Of a DNA stretch of 64,000 bases, positions 48,690 through 64,000 are shown one piece after another. The notes beneath the pieces are model-generated. The model was not told where the DNA came from, searched no databases, and saw only the letters and a program-made list of their open reading frames with translations. Made by a program: the position numbers and the translations under genes. The DNA comes from the human T2T-CHM13v2.0 reference genome, Homo sapiens, in assembly GCF_009914755.1 (NCBI RefSeq), contig NC_060926.1; one strand, written 5' to 3'. Every line of letters starts with the position of its first letter. Within the stretch, counting starts at the first letter, position 1.

Positions 48690-48835
48690 CACTATTCCAC
48701 TTGCCAGCTATGTGACCTCGCACACATCTCAACCTTGTGAGCCCTCAATATCCTTGTGTAAGATGTGGGAATATGTCATGCCTGCTTTACAGAATTGCAT
48801 TATGATAGGATCTTACATCTGTGCAAATTACTTAC
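48690..48835 (+). mobile_element. MIR
   Basis: ccacttgccagctatgtgacctcg...tgtaagatgtggga. Confidence 0.65.
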
Positions 48836-49004
48836 AGTTAAAAATGCCTTCCCAAAATTTAGGCCAACAGATTCTTTATTGCTCTTGATTCTCTCAAGCA
48901 TGAAAGATATTAATATAACATAAAGTGTTGTGTAAATTTTGAGGTCCATTTTCTATCAAGGAGTTCTTCTAACGTAGAAAAGAATAATTTAATTTAATAA
49001 TATA

Positions 49005-49492
49005 ATATTATAATATTGTTCTACTATAAAGACATATGTACATATATGTTTATTGCAGCACTATTTACAATAGCAAAGATTTGAAACCACCTGAAATGCC
49101 CATCAATGATAGACTGGATAAAGAAAATGTGGCACATATACACCATGGAGTACTATGCAGCCATAAAAAAGAATGAGTTCATGCAGGGACATGGATGAAG
49201 CTGGAAACCATCATCCTCAGCAAACTAGCACAGGAACAGAAAACCAAACACTGCATGTTCTCACTCATAAGTAGGAGTTGAACAATGAGAACAGATGGAC
49301 ATAGGGAGTGGGATGGGGGGAAAGGGGAGGGAGAGCATGAGGACAAATACCTAACGCATGCAGGGTTTAAAACCTAGATGATAGGTTGATAGGTGCAGCA
49401 AACCACCATGGCACATGGACACCTATGTAACAAACCTGCACGTTCAGCACATGTATCCCAGAACTTAAAGTAAAAAATTTAAAACAAAAAAG
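49005..49492 (+). mobile_element. L1PA8-10-like 3' fragment
   Basis: ggacaaatacctaacgcatgcagggtttaaaacctagatg...catgtatcccagaacttaaagtaaaa. Confidence 0.92.
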
Positions 49493-49627
49493 AGAAAGTG
49501 CATTTAGTCAAAAGAATGGTTGCTATAGTAGATGAACAGTTCAGACATTATAAGTAGTATGTGAAAAAAAGCAAATTGCGGCTTTCCGTATTTTCAAAAC
49601 TTTTAATTAAACTTCTCTTACTATAAG

Positions 49628-49806
49628 AAAATAATAATAATATACCTTGCATTTGTATAACAAAATTTTGTAAACTGTACAAATTTGGAGATGGATTCAG
49701 GCCTCCCTGTGGACAAGGATGGCACATGGTGGAGACGTTCCCTGCGGAAGTCTTTGATCATTGTGTTCATAATATTAGACCGCAAAAGTACCTTTCCATT
49801 CACATG
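49628..49806 (+). other. Exon-like unit with an open frame (possibly coding or pseudogenic)
   Basis: acttctcttactatAAG acceptor and ATG|GTGAAT donor; frame NNNNIPCICITKFCKLYKFGDGFRPPCGQGWHMVETFPAEVFDHCVHNIRPQKYLSIHM; the antisense frame in the same register is also open. Confidence 0.35.
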
Positions 49807-49846
49807 GTGAATATATAATAGCACTTTAAACTTAAACTATGAATTT

Positions 49847-50122
49847 GGCCAAGCACAGTGGCTCATGCCTGTAATTCCAGCTCTTTGGGTGGCTAAGGCA
49901 GAAGGATTTCCTGAGGCTAGGAGTTCAAGACCAGCCTGGGCAACATAGCGAGATCCAGTCTCTACAAAAAGGTAAAAAAAATTAGTTGGGTGTGGTTGCA
50001 TGTGCCTATAGTCCTAGCTACTTGGGAAGATGAGGCAGAAGGATTCCTTGAGCCCACGAGTTCAAGGCTGCCATGAGCTAGGTGACAGAATGAGACCCCG
50101 TTTCTAAAAAATAAAAATAAAT
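49847..50122 (+). mobile_element. AluJ with right-arm deletion
   Basis: aggattccttgagcccacgagttcaaggctgc; lacks the gatcgcgccactgcactccagcc segment. Confidence 0.9.
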
Positions 50123-50608
50123 ACATTGTGAATTCTTCCTCAGATTTTAAAGTACTTTTACCTTAACTGACGTTAGTTTATAAAACATGACAATATTGTT
50201 ATAAAAGAGTAGTAATTTTTCTTCTTCATATTTTTCAACCTGAAAACAGAAAAGTAATGAGAGTCCCTTGAAATTTCATTGCAAATTATTGGCAAAGGCA
50301 GAAGGGGAAAAACCCCAAAAAAAGCAAACAAACATTCCTTTCCACCAGATCACATTGCTTACCAATTCTTAATAGCATCATTGAAATTCCTTCCAATCTG
50401 AATTCAACTCTATACATATGGAGAGCTTTAAAAAATCAAGACACATTTCTTACTAAATTTTAAAACTTCCTCAGTGCAAGGAATTATAAAGCTAAATATT
50501 TCAGTTCATTTTTCATTCAGTGAGTAATAAAAGCAGAAGGATGACAAATTGACATAATCAAGACGTTGACTCGAAAATAAGACTTCTCTTGCCTTTCGGG
50601 TTCTACAG

Positions 50609-50645
50609 AGGGCAGGTGCCCTTTCAGTTACCCTTCAGCATCTAG
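50609..50645 (+). other. Exon-like unit (37 nt)
   Basis: cttctcttgcctttcgggttctacAG acceptor and TAG|GTAAGT donor; RAGALSVTLQHL is in phase with the 49628-49806 unit. Confidence 0.35.
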
Positions 50646-50871
50646 GTAAGTGAGAGTTTAGTGCAAATAAGTCGCTTTCGTTCTGATTAAAATAGTGTTT
50701 ATTTTACATTTCAAGCTGCAGCATAATACGTTGGCTATATTTACAGCAATAATCCTTTTAGAGATTCTGGCTTAATTTTTTTTTTAGCTTTGGAAAGGTC
50801 TTCAAGAGCAGTTAAATACTTATTCCTCATTTGCATGAGGAAGAACTATCACTTCAGAGGGAATATATGCT

Positions 50872-52400
<1,529 letters not shown>

Positions 52401-52534
52401 CTAGTAGTCCTGGGGTTAATTGACATATCATTAACACCCAAAGTTCATAATTTACATTAAAGTTCACTCTTGGTGTTGTACATTCCATGGGTTTTTGAGA
52501 AATGTTCTAATAACATTTTTAAATAATTTAAAAT

Positions 52535-53088
<554 letters not shown>

Positions 53089-53385
53089 ATTTTTAAAAAA
53101 ATTATAATAAGTATTGGCGAGAATGTGGAGAAATTGGAATCCTTGTGCACTGTTGGGAGTGTAAAACAATGCCACTGCTATGGAGAACAGTATGGGGGTT
53201 TCTAAAAAGTTAAAAAGAAAACTACCAGATGATCCAGCAACCCCATTTCTGGGTATATAAAAAATAAAGTAAAATTAGTATGTTGAAGAGATATCTGCAC
53301 TGTCATGTTCATTGCAGAATTATTCACAATAGCCAAGATGTGGAAACAATTTAATCGTTCATCATTGGATGAATGGATAAAGAAA

Positions 53386-55875
53386 ATACCATGTTTTATT
53401 GTGCTTCACTTTATTGTACTTCACAGACATTGCATTTTTTTTTTCAAATTGAAAGTCTGTGGCAACCCTGAATCTAGCAAGTCTATGGGCGTCATATTCC
53501 AAAGGCATATGATCACTTCTTGAATCTGTGTCACATGTAGGTATTTCTTATAATATTTCAAACTTTTTTATTATTATTATGTCAGTTATAGTGATCTGTG
53601 ATCAGTGATCAGTGTTACTATTGCAATTGTTTTGGAATGCCACAAGTCTCACCCATATAAGATGGCAAACTCAATTGATAAATGTTGTGTGTTTTCTGAC
53701 TGTTTCAACAATAGGCTGTTCTCTCATCTCTCTCCCTCTCCTTGGGCCTCCCTATTCTCTGAGACACAAGATTGAAATTAGGTCAATTCATAACCCTACA
53801 ATGACCTCTAAGTGTTTAAGTGAAAGGAAGAGTCACACATCTCTCACTTTAAATCAAAAGCTACAAATGATTAAGCTTAGTGAGGAAGGCATGTTGAAAG
53901 TCAATACAGGCCAAGAGCTTGGCATTTTGTGCCAAATAGCTCGCCAAGTTGTGAATGCAAAGGAAAAGTTCTTGAAGAAAGTTAAAAGTGCTACTCCAGT
54001 GATCCCAGGAATAAGAAAGCAAAACAGACTTATTGCTGATCTGAAGAAAGTCTTAGTGATCTGCATAGATCAAATCAGATAAACTATTTCCTTAAGCCAA
54101 AGCCTAAGTCTTTTCAGCTCTATGAAGGCTGAGAGAGGTGAAGAAGCTGCATAGGGGAACTTTAAAGCTAGCAGCTGTTGGTTCATGAGGGTTAAGGAAA
54201 GAAGCCACCTCCACAAAAATGCAAGGTAAAGCAGCAAGTGCTGATGTAGAAGCTGCAGCAAGTTATCCAGAAGATCTAGCTAAGATCACTGATGAAGGTG
54301 GTTACACAAAACAGCCTTATTTTGGAAGAAGATGCCATCTAGGACTTTCATAGATGGAGAGAAGAGGTCAATACCTGGCTTCAAAGCTTCAAAGGACAGA
54401 CCGACTCTCTTGTTAGGGGCTAATTGCCTTTAAGTTGAAGCCAATCTCATTTACCATTCTAAAAATATTAGGGCTCTTAAGAATTATGCTAAATCTACTC
54501 TGCCTATGCTCTGTAAGTGGAACAACAAAACCTGGATGACAGCACATCTCTTTACAGCATGGTTTACTGAATATTTTGAGCTCACTGTTGAGACCTACTG
54601 CTCAGAAAAAAAAAAAAGATTATTTTCAAAATACTGACCGTGCACCTCAGTAACAGTGTACCTGTCCCCCAAGAGTTCTAATGGAGATGTACAAGGAGAT
54701 TAACGTTGTTTCCATGCCTGCCAACACAGCATCTATTCTGCAGCCCACAGATCAAGGAATAATTTTGATTTTTTAAGAGATACATATCATAAGGCTATAC
54801 CAGCCATAGATAGTGATTCCTCTGATGGATCTGGGCAAAGTAAATTTAAAACCTTCTGGAAAGAATTCATCATTCAAATGTCATTAGGGTATAAGGAGGG
54901 AGAGGATCAGGAAAAATAACTAACGGTACTAGGCTTAATACCTGGCTGACAAAATAATCTGTACAACATATACCCATGACACAAGTTTACCTATATAACA
55001 AACCTGCACAGTACCCCTGAATTTAAAAGTTTTTTTAAAAAAGAACATTTGTGATTCATGAGAGAAGGTCAAAATAGCAACATTAACAGGAGTTTGGGAA
55101 AAGCTGATTCCAACCATCTTGAATATCTTTTAGGGATGAAGATTTCAGTGGAAGAAGTAATTGCAGATGTAGTTAAAATAGCAAGAGAACTAGAAGTGGA
55201 AGTAGAGCCTGAAGCTGTGACTGAATTAGTGCAATCTCACGGTAAAACTTGAATGGACGAGGAGTTGCTTCTTATGGATGAGTAAAGAAAATGATTTCTT
55301 TAAATGGAATCTACTCCTGGTGAGGAGGCTATGAACATTGTTGAAATGACAACAAAGGATTTAGAATATCACATTAACTTACTTGAGAAAGCAGTGACAG
55401 AGTTTGAGAGAACTGACTCCAATTTTGAAACAAATTCTATTGTGGGTAAAATGCTATCAAAAATCATCACATACTACAGAAAACTCTTCGTGAAAGGAAG
55501 AGTCAATCAATGTGGCAAACTTCATTGTTGTGTTATTTTAAGAAATTGTCACAGCCAACCCAACCTTCAGTGGCCATCATCCCGATCAGTCAGCAGCCGT
55601 CGACATGAAGGCATAGATCTCCATTACCATAAAGATTACAAATCACTGAAGACTCAGAAGACCTTTAGAATCTTTTATCAATAAAATATTTTTAAATTAA
55701 GGTATGTACTTTTCGTAGACATAACTCTATTGCATACTTAAAAGATGACAGTGTAGGGTAAACAACTTTTATATGCACTGAGAAACCAAAACATTTGTGT
55801 GACTTGCTTTATTGTGATATTTGCTTTACTGTGGTGGTCCAGAACTAAATTGACAACATCTTTGAGGTATGCTTG
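53386..55875 (+). mobile_element. Tigger1 DNA transposon, near full length, dead transposase
   Basis: Left end ataccatgttttattgtgcttcac; MTSKCLSERKSHTSLTLNQKLQMIKLSEEGM from 53801; right TIR gaggtatgcttg followed by TA. Confidence 0.95.
54887..55040 (+). mobile_element. L1PA13-15-like 3' tip inserted in Tigger1
   Basis: gagaggatcaggaaaaataactaacggtactaggcttaatacctgg...catgacacaagtttacctat. Confidence 0.9.
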
Positions 55876-55934
55876 TATATGTGTGTGTGTGTGTGTGTGT
55901 AATGGATGTAATAGATCCATATATATGTAATGGA

Positions 55935-56310
55935 TGTCTTAGTTCAAGCTGCTGTAATAAATTAACATGGACTGAGTGGCTTAAATAACAAACATTTATT
56001 TCTCATTGTTAGGGAGGCTGGGAAGTCCAAGACCAAGGTGGTGGCAGATCCAGTGTTTATTGAGGTCCCACTTTTTGGTTGTAGATGGCTGTATTCTTGT
56101 TGCAGCCTCACACAGTGGAGAGGAGAGAGAGGCAGAGGAAGTTCTCTGGCCTCTTCTCATAAGGGTACTAATCCCAGTTTCTAAGTGCTCCACCCTCATG
56201 ACCTAACCACGTCCCAAAGGCCCTACCTTCTAATACTATCACATTAGGGATCAGGGTTCAACATGTGAATTTTGCAGGGGGTTGAGGACATAAAAATTCA
56301 GTCCATAACA
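55935..56310 (-). mobile_element. MLT1A/MST-type MaLR LTR
   Basis: tgtcttagttcaagctgctgtaat...ctccaccctcatgacctaacc...ttcagtccataaca. Confidence 0.9.
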
Positions 56311-56479
56311 ATGTAATACTATTCAGCCTTTAAAAAAATGAAGAAAATCATACCATATGCGACAACATGGATGAATCTTGAGGACATTATCCTAAGTGAA
56401 ATAAGCTAGCTACAGAAGGATATAGTATGATTCCACTTGAATGAGATATCTAAAACAGTAACGTTTCCACAGTAGTGGC

Positions 56480-56841
56480 TATTTTCACGCTGCTGATACA
56501 TACCTGAGACTGGGAAGAATACATACCCGAGACTGGGAAAAAAAGAGGTTTAATTGGACTTACAGTTCCACATGGCTGGGGAGGCCTCAGAATCATGGTG
56601 GTAGGTGAAAGGCACTTCTTACAAGGCAGCAGCAAAAGAAAATGGGCAAGAAGCAAAAGCAGAAACCCCTGATAAATCCATCAGATATCATGAGACTTAA
56701 TTCACTATCATGAGAATAGCATGAGAAAGACCATTCCTCATGGTTCAATTACCTCCCCCGGGTCCCTCCCACAACACATGGGAATTCTGGGAGATACAAT
56801 TCAAGTTGAGATTTGGGTGGGGACACAGCCAAACCATATCA
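56480..56841 (-). mobile_element. THE1C-like LTR
   Basis: gaggtttaattggacttacagttccacatggctggggaggcctcag...cacagccaaaccatatca; 5-bp TSD gtggc. Confidence 0.93.
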
Positions 56842-57770
56842 GTGGCATTGTTTTACATTCACAACAGTACACAAAGATTCCAATTTCTCCACATTCTCAC
56901 CAATACTTATTATAATTTTAAAAATATATATAGTCAAACTCATAGAAACAGAATAATTTAAAATAATTTATAAAGTATTAAAAATAATTTAAGATAGTTT
57001 TAAAAATAATAATATTTTTAAAATGGTCATATTTCATCAAATATAACCACATGGGCTACTCAGGGTAAAAATTATCAACTGGAGTTGATAATTTCACAAA
57101 GCAAAGTAGCAGCCTCCAGCCTCCGAAGGCAATGCTTTCCCCATGACACCATATAGAGAGCAGACAGCTCAGAGCTCAGTCCCCAGTGAGCCCAGCGCAT
57201 GTCTCCAGCTGAGGTAAGTGCTGCTGGTGAAGCCATGATCAGAAATACGGGTGTGCATTATGGAACATGGAAACTGGTAGAATGTATAAACTAAATGTTT
57301 AATAGTAAAAGAAAAATGTAAAGTACATAACTAAAAGATGAACTATAGATATAAACATAGACATGTTCTAACTGTGCAAAGTACAGTTATAACAATATCT
57401 ATGATTTATAACACACCTACTATCTGCTAAGAAATGTACATACCTTATCACTAATTATTACCAACCACTTGCATAGTTGGGGCTATTGTCTTATGCACAC
57501 AGAGACAGGGTCATAGAGGTTTGGAACTAAACAGTGGCCGTTACCAAATTGTTGTCATCTGACAGCAGTGCCCACATTTTTTTTCCTTTGCACCTTGATA
57601 CCTTACAAAAAAAAAACCCACAAATAAGTAGCTTTATGTTTACTATACACAAAAATATTCCTGGGAAAAATGAGTATTGTGCATCTCAAGAACATAATGA
57701 TACTTAAAAGAAAATGGATAAAGGTAATTCAGAAGTCTGTAGCATTCAATGCATTTTGTTCTTTATGCAG

Positions 57771-57850
57771 AATATTGAGAAAGCTCAAAAGAAGCCCTAA
57801 GAACAGTGGCCAGCAAGAGGAGATGTTCAAATACTTTCTCAACTCAGCTG
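57771..57850 (+). other. Exon-like unit (80 nt)
   Basis: ttttgttctttatgcAG acceptor and CTG|GTAAGA donor; strong upstream donor GAG|GTAAGT at 57213. Confidence 0.4.
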
Positions 57851-59779
57851 GTAAGATTGTGGATATTTGAACAGGTCCCTTCTGAGATCACCATGAAATG
57901 TTACTACATTGTGGCCAAAACAGCAAGTGTCCTTGTTATATACTTCTCAACAATTTGCACAATTCTGTTCTATACTCAGAGATACAGACACAGACAATAC
58001 TCAGCAAATTATGAAATCTAAACTGGATGGGTCAAGTTTCCATCACCAACTTATATCACATTCTATTGCTATTTCAGCAATAATGTTAGGAATATATATT
58101 AGCTACATGCCTAAATGCTGGCTTGCATGTATAATTTAAATATATATCATACTAAATAGTGTAATTGTGCAAAAGCCGAGAGGTATTCAGTAATTGGTGT
58201 TTTCCCCCTTCCTGAAACACAAAGAGGCTCATTCCATTCTCCAGTATGCAGGTGTAACACTGGAAAATGCCTTGAAAATTCCACCCATGCATTTGCCTGA
58301 GAAAAATAACTGATTTTTTAAGTTATAAAAATATGCTTTCTCTTCCATCTGAGTGGGTGGATAGATATGGGTAGAAATGTATCCTTTTCAGCTGACATGC
58401 TTATGCATTGAAACTTTGAAAACATTTCAACATAAACAGTCATAAATAGTTAGGCTAATTTAAATTTTGCCCCAAAATCTTTGTCATACTTGTTGTTTTG
58501 CATTGAACCTTCACTTGTACACATGAAAATTAGCTTAAGTTTATTTCAGTACATCTTGAACTTGTCTTTTCAAAGAGTTGCTTGCTGCAAAGTCAAGAAC
58601 ATCTCAAATATCTTCTTAAACTCTTAAGTGCAATGAATTCATGGCAATAAAGGACTTTTAAAGAACCTGGATGGGAGATGATAATCATACACACACACCT
58701 CCCCTACCCACATTGAGTGCCAGATAAACATGGAGTATTATGCAGCATCTGTATGCAGCATCTGTACACGGTATCTGCAGTTGAACTTGAACTTGAACTT
58801 CATCGTGTTCACTACTGCAAAATGGTCTCAGTAAACAGGTTGGGTTATTTACAGAAAGCCTATTTCAGTTCCCCTGAAGCCAAGTTAAACAGTCCTAGAA
58901 TATGGTACTTATAAAGGGAAATTTAAAAGACCTATTTATTTCATATTGTTGACCAGAAAGAAAAGATATAAATGGCATTAATTGCCCATCTTTCTAGTCT
59001 TACTCGTCTGCTCCAAAGTGGCAGTGTCTCATTCTCTGAACATTCTTACTCTGCATGGGTGTGGGTGGTCAAAGAAGTGATGTTAATGCTGTCTCTTATA
59101 GACTGACATGGTGATTGCCAATCCCCTATTTCCTGTTCCTGGCTTATGCTCTTCGGGGTGTTGAGAAGAAGGTATTTAGGTTTCAAAGCATTATGGTCCA
59201 TTACTAGAAGTAGGCACACGTTATTTGTAGCTCTTCTCATTTCCCCACCATTTAAATCTGGGATGCCTCATGACCTGCTTTGAATAAGAGAATGCAGGTT
59301 CTAATAACCCAAGCTTTCCCCTTTGTTGCTTCAGTACTAGAAGTGTTAGCTGCCTCCTGAAGTTACTATCTCTGGGTTAACTTGGTGATCACTTTTTTTT
59401 CTTTGCCCCAGAATCTGTTTAATCAATTTATTATATTAAATTTGCTGTGCTAAAATAACTGGTGGAGTTCTGTTTTCCCAAGTGGACTCTAATATGAAAC
59501 TCACCATTCTCAGAAGGAAGAAACACATCCTGAAGGGCAAAATTAATAGTGCCTGAGGGCTGGTTGATGGAATTTCCCTGGACTTGGATTGATGGGAAGT
59601 TTCTAGAAGCAGGAAGGGTCATGCTGGATAAACCATCACATAGGCAGACAACAAGTGCAGCAGGATGTGCCCTGATGAAGTGGGAGGGAAGGAAGGAGGC
59701 TCAGCCCTATGAACCAGCTACGTTCATTGTCCAGGGAGAGGTCACATGTAAAAGAACACCACACAAAGCTCTCTGTTTT

Positions 59780-59997
59780 TTGTTGCTGCTTTTTGTTTTT
59801 TATTTTCATTTTTATTTCAATAGCTTTTGGCATACAGGTGGGTTTTTGGTTACATAAATGAATTATTTAGTGGTAAGTTTAGATTTTAGTGCACCCATCA
59901 CCTGAGTAGTGCACACTGCACCTAATGTGTAGTTTTCTATCCCTGACTCCCCTGTCGCCTCCTCCTTCTGAGTCTCTAGAGCCCATTATATCACTGT
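59780..59997 (-). mobile_element. L1PB-type 3' end
   Basis: tttatttcaatagcttttggcatacaggtg...ttttagtgcacccatcacctgagtagt. Confidence 0.85.
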
Positions 59998-60563
59998 CTG
60001 CACAAGCCTCTCTGTTGCAGGAATTCTTGCCAACCTGGAGCATGACCCTGCCTGCTCCCTGCTGTGTACCACCTATAGATAACTGGTCCAGGAAGATCTC
60101 ATCTTATTTAAAGGAGAACAAAAGTCCAAAGGGAATGTGATATAAATTATATGGAGGTACATGCTATGTCCTAGGTGAGGAAAGAATAACATAAGAATCT
60201 ATCTGAAATTAGCAAATAAACATGGAATGGAACAGGAAAATTAAGCAGGAGATAAAGAACTCTGAAGCAGAAAAATGTTGCTGCAGAGCAGATGAAAACT
60301 GTAACTAAACATTTTTAAATTAGTGATTATATAAAAAATGCATTTTATAATAATATGAAAAGGCAAAGGAAAGTAATATAAGTTCAAGAAGAGACAATAT
60401 GAGCTGGCAGTTGTCAGAAATTAAATGGAGGGAAAATAAATGAAAACAAAATTGAAAGCAGCACTAAAGAGATTAGACACTGCTTCAAATACAGAGAATA
60501 GAAAATAAGACTATAGAAGGGGAGCAAAATGAGACGGAAATTAACAAGGAGATAAAAGAATCA

Positions 60564-60947
<384 letters not shown>

Positions 60948-61269
60948 TTAAAAAGTCAATGAAATCTACAGGTTTAAAAGTTATACAATATCCCTCAAAA
61001 AACTAAAAGATTATCAACAAAGAGGCATCCTAGTAGAGTCACTGGACCTAAAAAGAAATAAAAAATATTTTTTGAATTTTTCTGGCAGAAAGGACCAGTC
61101 ACCTTTAAGCAAAAGAACTTAGTTTCAACTTCTTCACAGCTTCTCTGGAATCGTTGTACTTTGGGACTCCTTGTTTTTGCAGGATAATATATTTTCATCT
61201 TTTCTGCGGCCTTGTTTTAGTTACTTGTTTATGTCCTGTGATGCAAAATGACCACATTTCTAAGAATAA

Positions 61270-62445
61270 ATAACCAAAGAATAATAATAAGTAGCCAAAG
61301 TTCTTTAAAAATTAGCATATACAATCAAGCAGCATACTTTAAAATGTTGTAAAATAACTAAATTGGATGCCTTCTTGCATTAATAAGGTGCTTCAGCATT
61401 CAAAAACTGGAAACATAGTATGTTACATCGATAAATCAAAAATAAAAGCCAAATGGCTGGTGGTGATTGAGTTTTTTCAATAGATACAAAATATTTAATA
61501 GAATTCTGTATCCATTATAAAAATGTTTGGTAAAATAAAAATAAAAGAATATTTCTTAAATATTTTAAACACTATTTATCAGAAATTAGTAGTAAACTTT
61601 GTGTTAAATTCTAAAATTTAAAAGCGTTCTGACTAAAGCCAGGAACAAGATAAGTATGCTTACTGTCTGTATTACTAAGTACTATTTTGTACAGGCTACA
61701 GAATGGAGGAAATATAACAAATAAATGAGGAAAAAATTGAAGAAAAGACAACATTTACCTAAGATATGATTGAAACTGCAAAAATTTAAGAGCTATCACT
61801 TTTAAAACTCCATAAATATTTACAAATCAGTATTTTTTCTTCCCAACTACTCATAACTAGTTAGAAATGAAATAAAAAATATAACCTCATTCACAAAAAT
61901 GGCAACTAAAAAAATTCAACTGCTGGGCATGGTGGCTCACGCCTGTAATCCCAACACTTCAGGAGGCTGAGGCAGGCAGATTGCCTGAGGTCAAGGGTTC
62001 GAGACCAGCCTGGCCAACATGGTGAAACCCTGTCTCTACTAAAAATAAAAAAAATTAGCTGGGCATGGTGGTGCATGCCTGTAATCCCAGCTACTCAGGA
62101 GGCTGAGGCAGGAGAATCACTTGAACCCAGGAGGCGGAGGTTGCAGTGAGTGGAGATCATGCCATTGCACTCCAGCCTGGGCAACAGAGCAAGACACCAT
62201 CTCAAAAAAAAAAAATCCACCAGAAAAAGGTATGTAAAGGTATAAAGAAAATTAAGCAAATGTACAAACAAGCATAAAATGAGGCCCCAAGTGAATGAGG
62301 AAAATACTACCCTCCTAGATAGGAAGGCTCAAATAGCATAAAGAAGTCTATCTTCCCAAAGCAATAGATAAACACGGTGTTTTTTCAATGAGAATATCAA
62401 AGGAACTTTGAAGGAATTTAATTGATTTTCAACTTCATCTGGAAC
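61270..62445 (+). mobile_element. Highly degenerate L1ME ORF2 remnant
   Basis: ctaaagccaggaacaagataagtatgc, ataggaaggctcaaatagcataaag, ttcatctggaa. Confidence 0.65.
61921..62215 (+). mobile_element. AluSx
   Basis: Full dimer; flanks aaaattcaac / aaaatccacc. Confidence 0.95.
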
Positions 62446-62502
62446 AATAATGATTGTTGTCAATTGTCTGTTAATCTGAAACAACAATTATTGTTGTTAA
62501 TT

Positions 62503-63443
62503 GCCCCAGGCTCCAGGCCAGCCCCCTTAACTCTAGGCACCAGTCTAATACCTGTGGACCCAAATCCAAACCAGCCCTTGCAGACCTAGACTTCATACTT
62601 GCCCCAACACCAGGCTAGTCCAAGGCTCCAGTGGGTCCTGGGTCCAGGGTCCAAGCCCATTCCAATAGACCCCAGCACCAGGCCAGTCTTCATGGACCAA
62701 AACTCCAAGAACATACTTGTAGATCCAGGCTGTATGCTGGCCTCCACAAACCAAGGACTAAGGCCCACCCCCAGCACTAGGCTGGCCCATGGACCCAAAA
62801 ATCAGGCTAGTCCCTGCAGATATAGGCTCCAGGCCTGCCCTGATAGTCTTAGGTCCCACACCCACCCATATAGCCGTCTTATCCAGGCACGTCCCATCAG
62901 ACCCTAGTTCGAAGCCCACCCCAGTGGACCCAGACTCCAGGCTCAACCCTGCAGACCCAGATGCCATGTCCTGTCCACACACCTGCTGACTCTGACACTG
63001 GGCCAGCCTGCCCAAGGACTCCAGTGGCAAGCCTGCTGAAGGATCACAGTAAGCAGCCTGTGTGAATCTCTGATGAAGGGCTTTCCCTGCCTAAGCCCGT
63101 CTGTAAAGACTGAAATAAGAGACTACTTCTTCAAATGTGCAGATACCAATGCATGGCCACAAGGATCACAAACAATCAGGGAAACATGACACCACCAAAG
63201 GAAAAACATAAAGCACAAGTAACCAAACCTAAAGAAATAGAGATTTATAAACTGCCTGACAAAGAATTCCAAATGGTCATCTTAAAGAAGCTCAGTGAGT
63301 TATAAGAGAGTTACAGGAAGACAATTAAACAAAATCAGGAAAACAATACATGGAACAAAATCAGAAGTTCAACAAAGAGGTGGAAACCATAAAAAAGAAA
63401 CAAACAGAAATTCTGAAATGAAAAAAACACAATGACTGAACTA
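62503..63443 (+). mobile_element. Old L1M 5'UTR (degenerate ~24-bp GC-rich repeats) and ORF1 start
   Basis: Repeated ccaggctccaggcc/gtggaccca units, then aatcagggaaacatgacaccaccaaaggaa...ctgcctgacaaagaattc. Confidence 0.85.
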
Positions 63444-64000
63444 GAATGGTCCTGGGTTGGTACTGTAACCAGAAATCTGGCAAAAGCAAACACAAATCCT
63501 CTCTTAAGAAACGCACCTGTATCACAGATCCCAAGCAAATTCTCCTCCCTTCTCTCCCCTCAAAAATTCAAGGAAAATTAGCAATTCTCAATCAAAACAA
63601 AACAACAAAAACAAGCACCATAAGTGAGAGAGATCAACAACAATGGTTAGAAAAGTGAGGTATACGAATACTTATATATTTTTATGTATTTTTATAAATG
63701 GTATAGAATGAAGTACAGAGGCATAAAGAAGAGAAAACATTAAACAAGGGTTAAAAGATATGAAGTAGAGACTAAATATATATAGTCCACAATCTATGTA
63801 AAGAATTTTATAAAATACCTAAATGATATAATTAATAGAATTGAATTAATGTGTACACATTGAACTCTGTACTCAACAAACAGACATCCAAAGTCACAGA
63901 GGCCCTTTCCTGGGCACAATATTGAGGAGGCTACAAGCACTTGAGAGAACTCCAGCTTTGAGCCCATTGCCATCCAACAAAAGATAGGCCATAGCATATA

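Larger units (their letters stand above)
53091..56460 (+). mobile_element. Inverted 5' part of the same L1MA, interrupted by Tigger1 and an MLT1A/MST LTR
   Basis: L1 sequence at 53091-53385 (…gaatggataaagaaaat) resumes at 56311 (aatactattcagcc…gagatatctaaaa). Confidence 0.75.

Noticed and set aside
53612-55684. Tigger1 transposase as a domesticated TIGD-like gene
   Set aside because: Deletions, stops, frameshifts and an L1 insertion break the frame
62586-63030. Pro-rich ORFs in a GC-rich repeat
   Set aside because: Tandem-repeat 5'UTR of an old L1M, directly followed by its ORF1

Overview
Primate genomic DNA (AluJ/S/Y, L1PA, THE1; catarrhine, probably human or great ape). It is repeat-dense and intronic or intergenic. 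I recognise no protein-coding gene, and almost every ORF in the track is a by-product of repeats. The window is dominated by a nested LINE-1 stack (12.6-28.5 kb), about 19 Alu-family SINEs, MaLR/ERVL LTRs, L2/MIR relics and a near-full-length Tigger1. The best-supported unusual structures are rearrangement fossils. (1) A full-length L1PA (probably L1PA6-like) whose target-site duplication (TSD) encloses an extra ~1.55 kb, i.e. a 3' transduction; its antisense ORF0 is still open. (2) A ~0.9 kb segment copied from 8.35-9.27 kb into an L2 at 40.8 kb, with a 15-bp flanking duplication and a fold-back templated filler. (3) A 119-bp non-repeat-looking orphan retro-insertion with poly(A) and a perfect 17-bp TSD at 47.9 kb. 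(4) Two old L1s carrying inverted duplications. A chain of + strand exon-like units hints at an unidentified spliced lncRNA or decayed gene (low confidence). Repeat subfamily calls are by eye and boundaries are approximate unless a TSD is quoted. I found no convincing new biological system.
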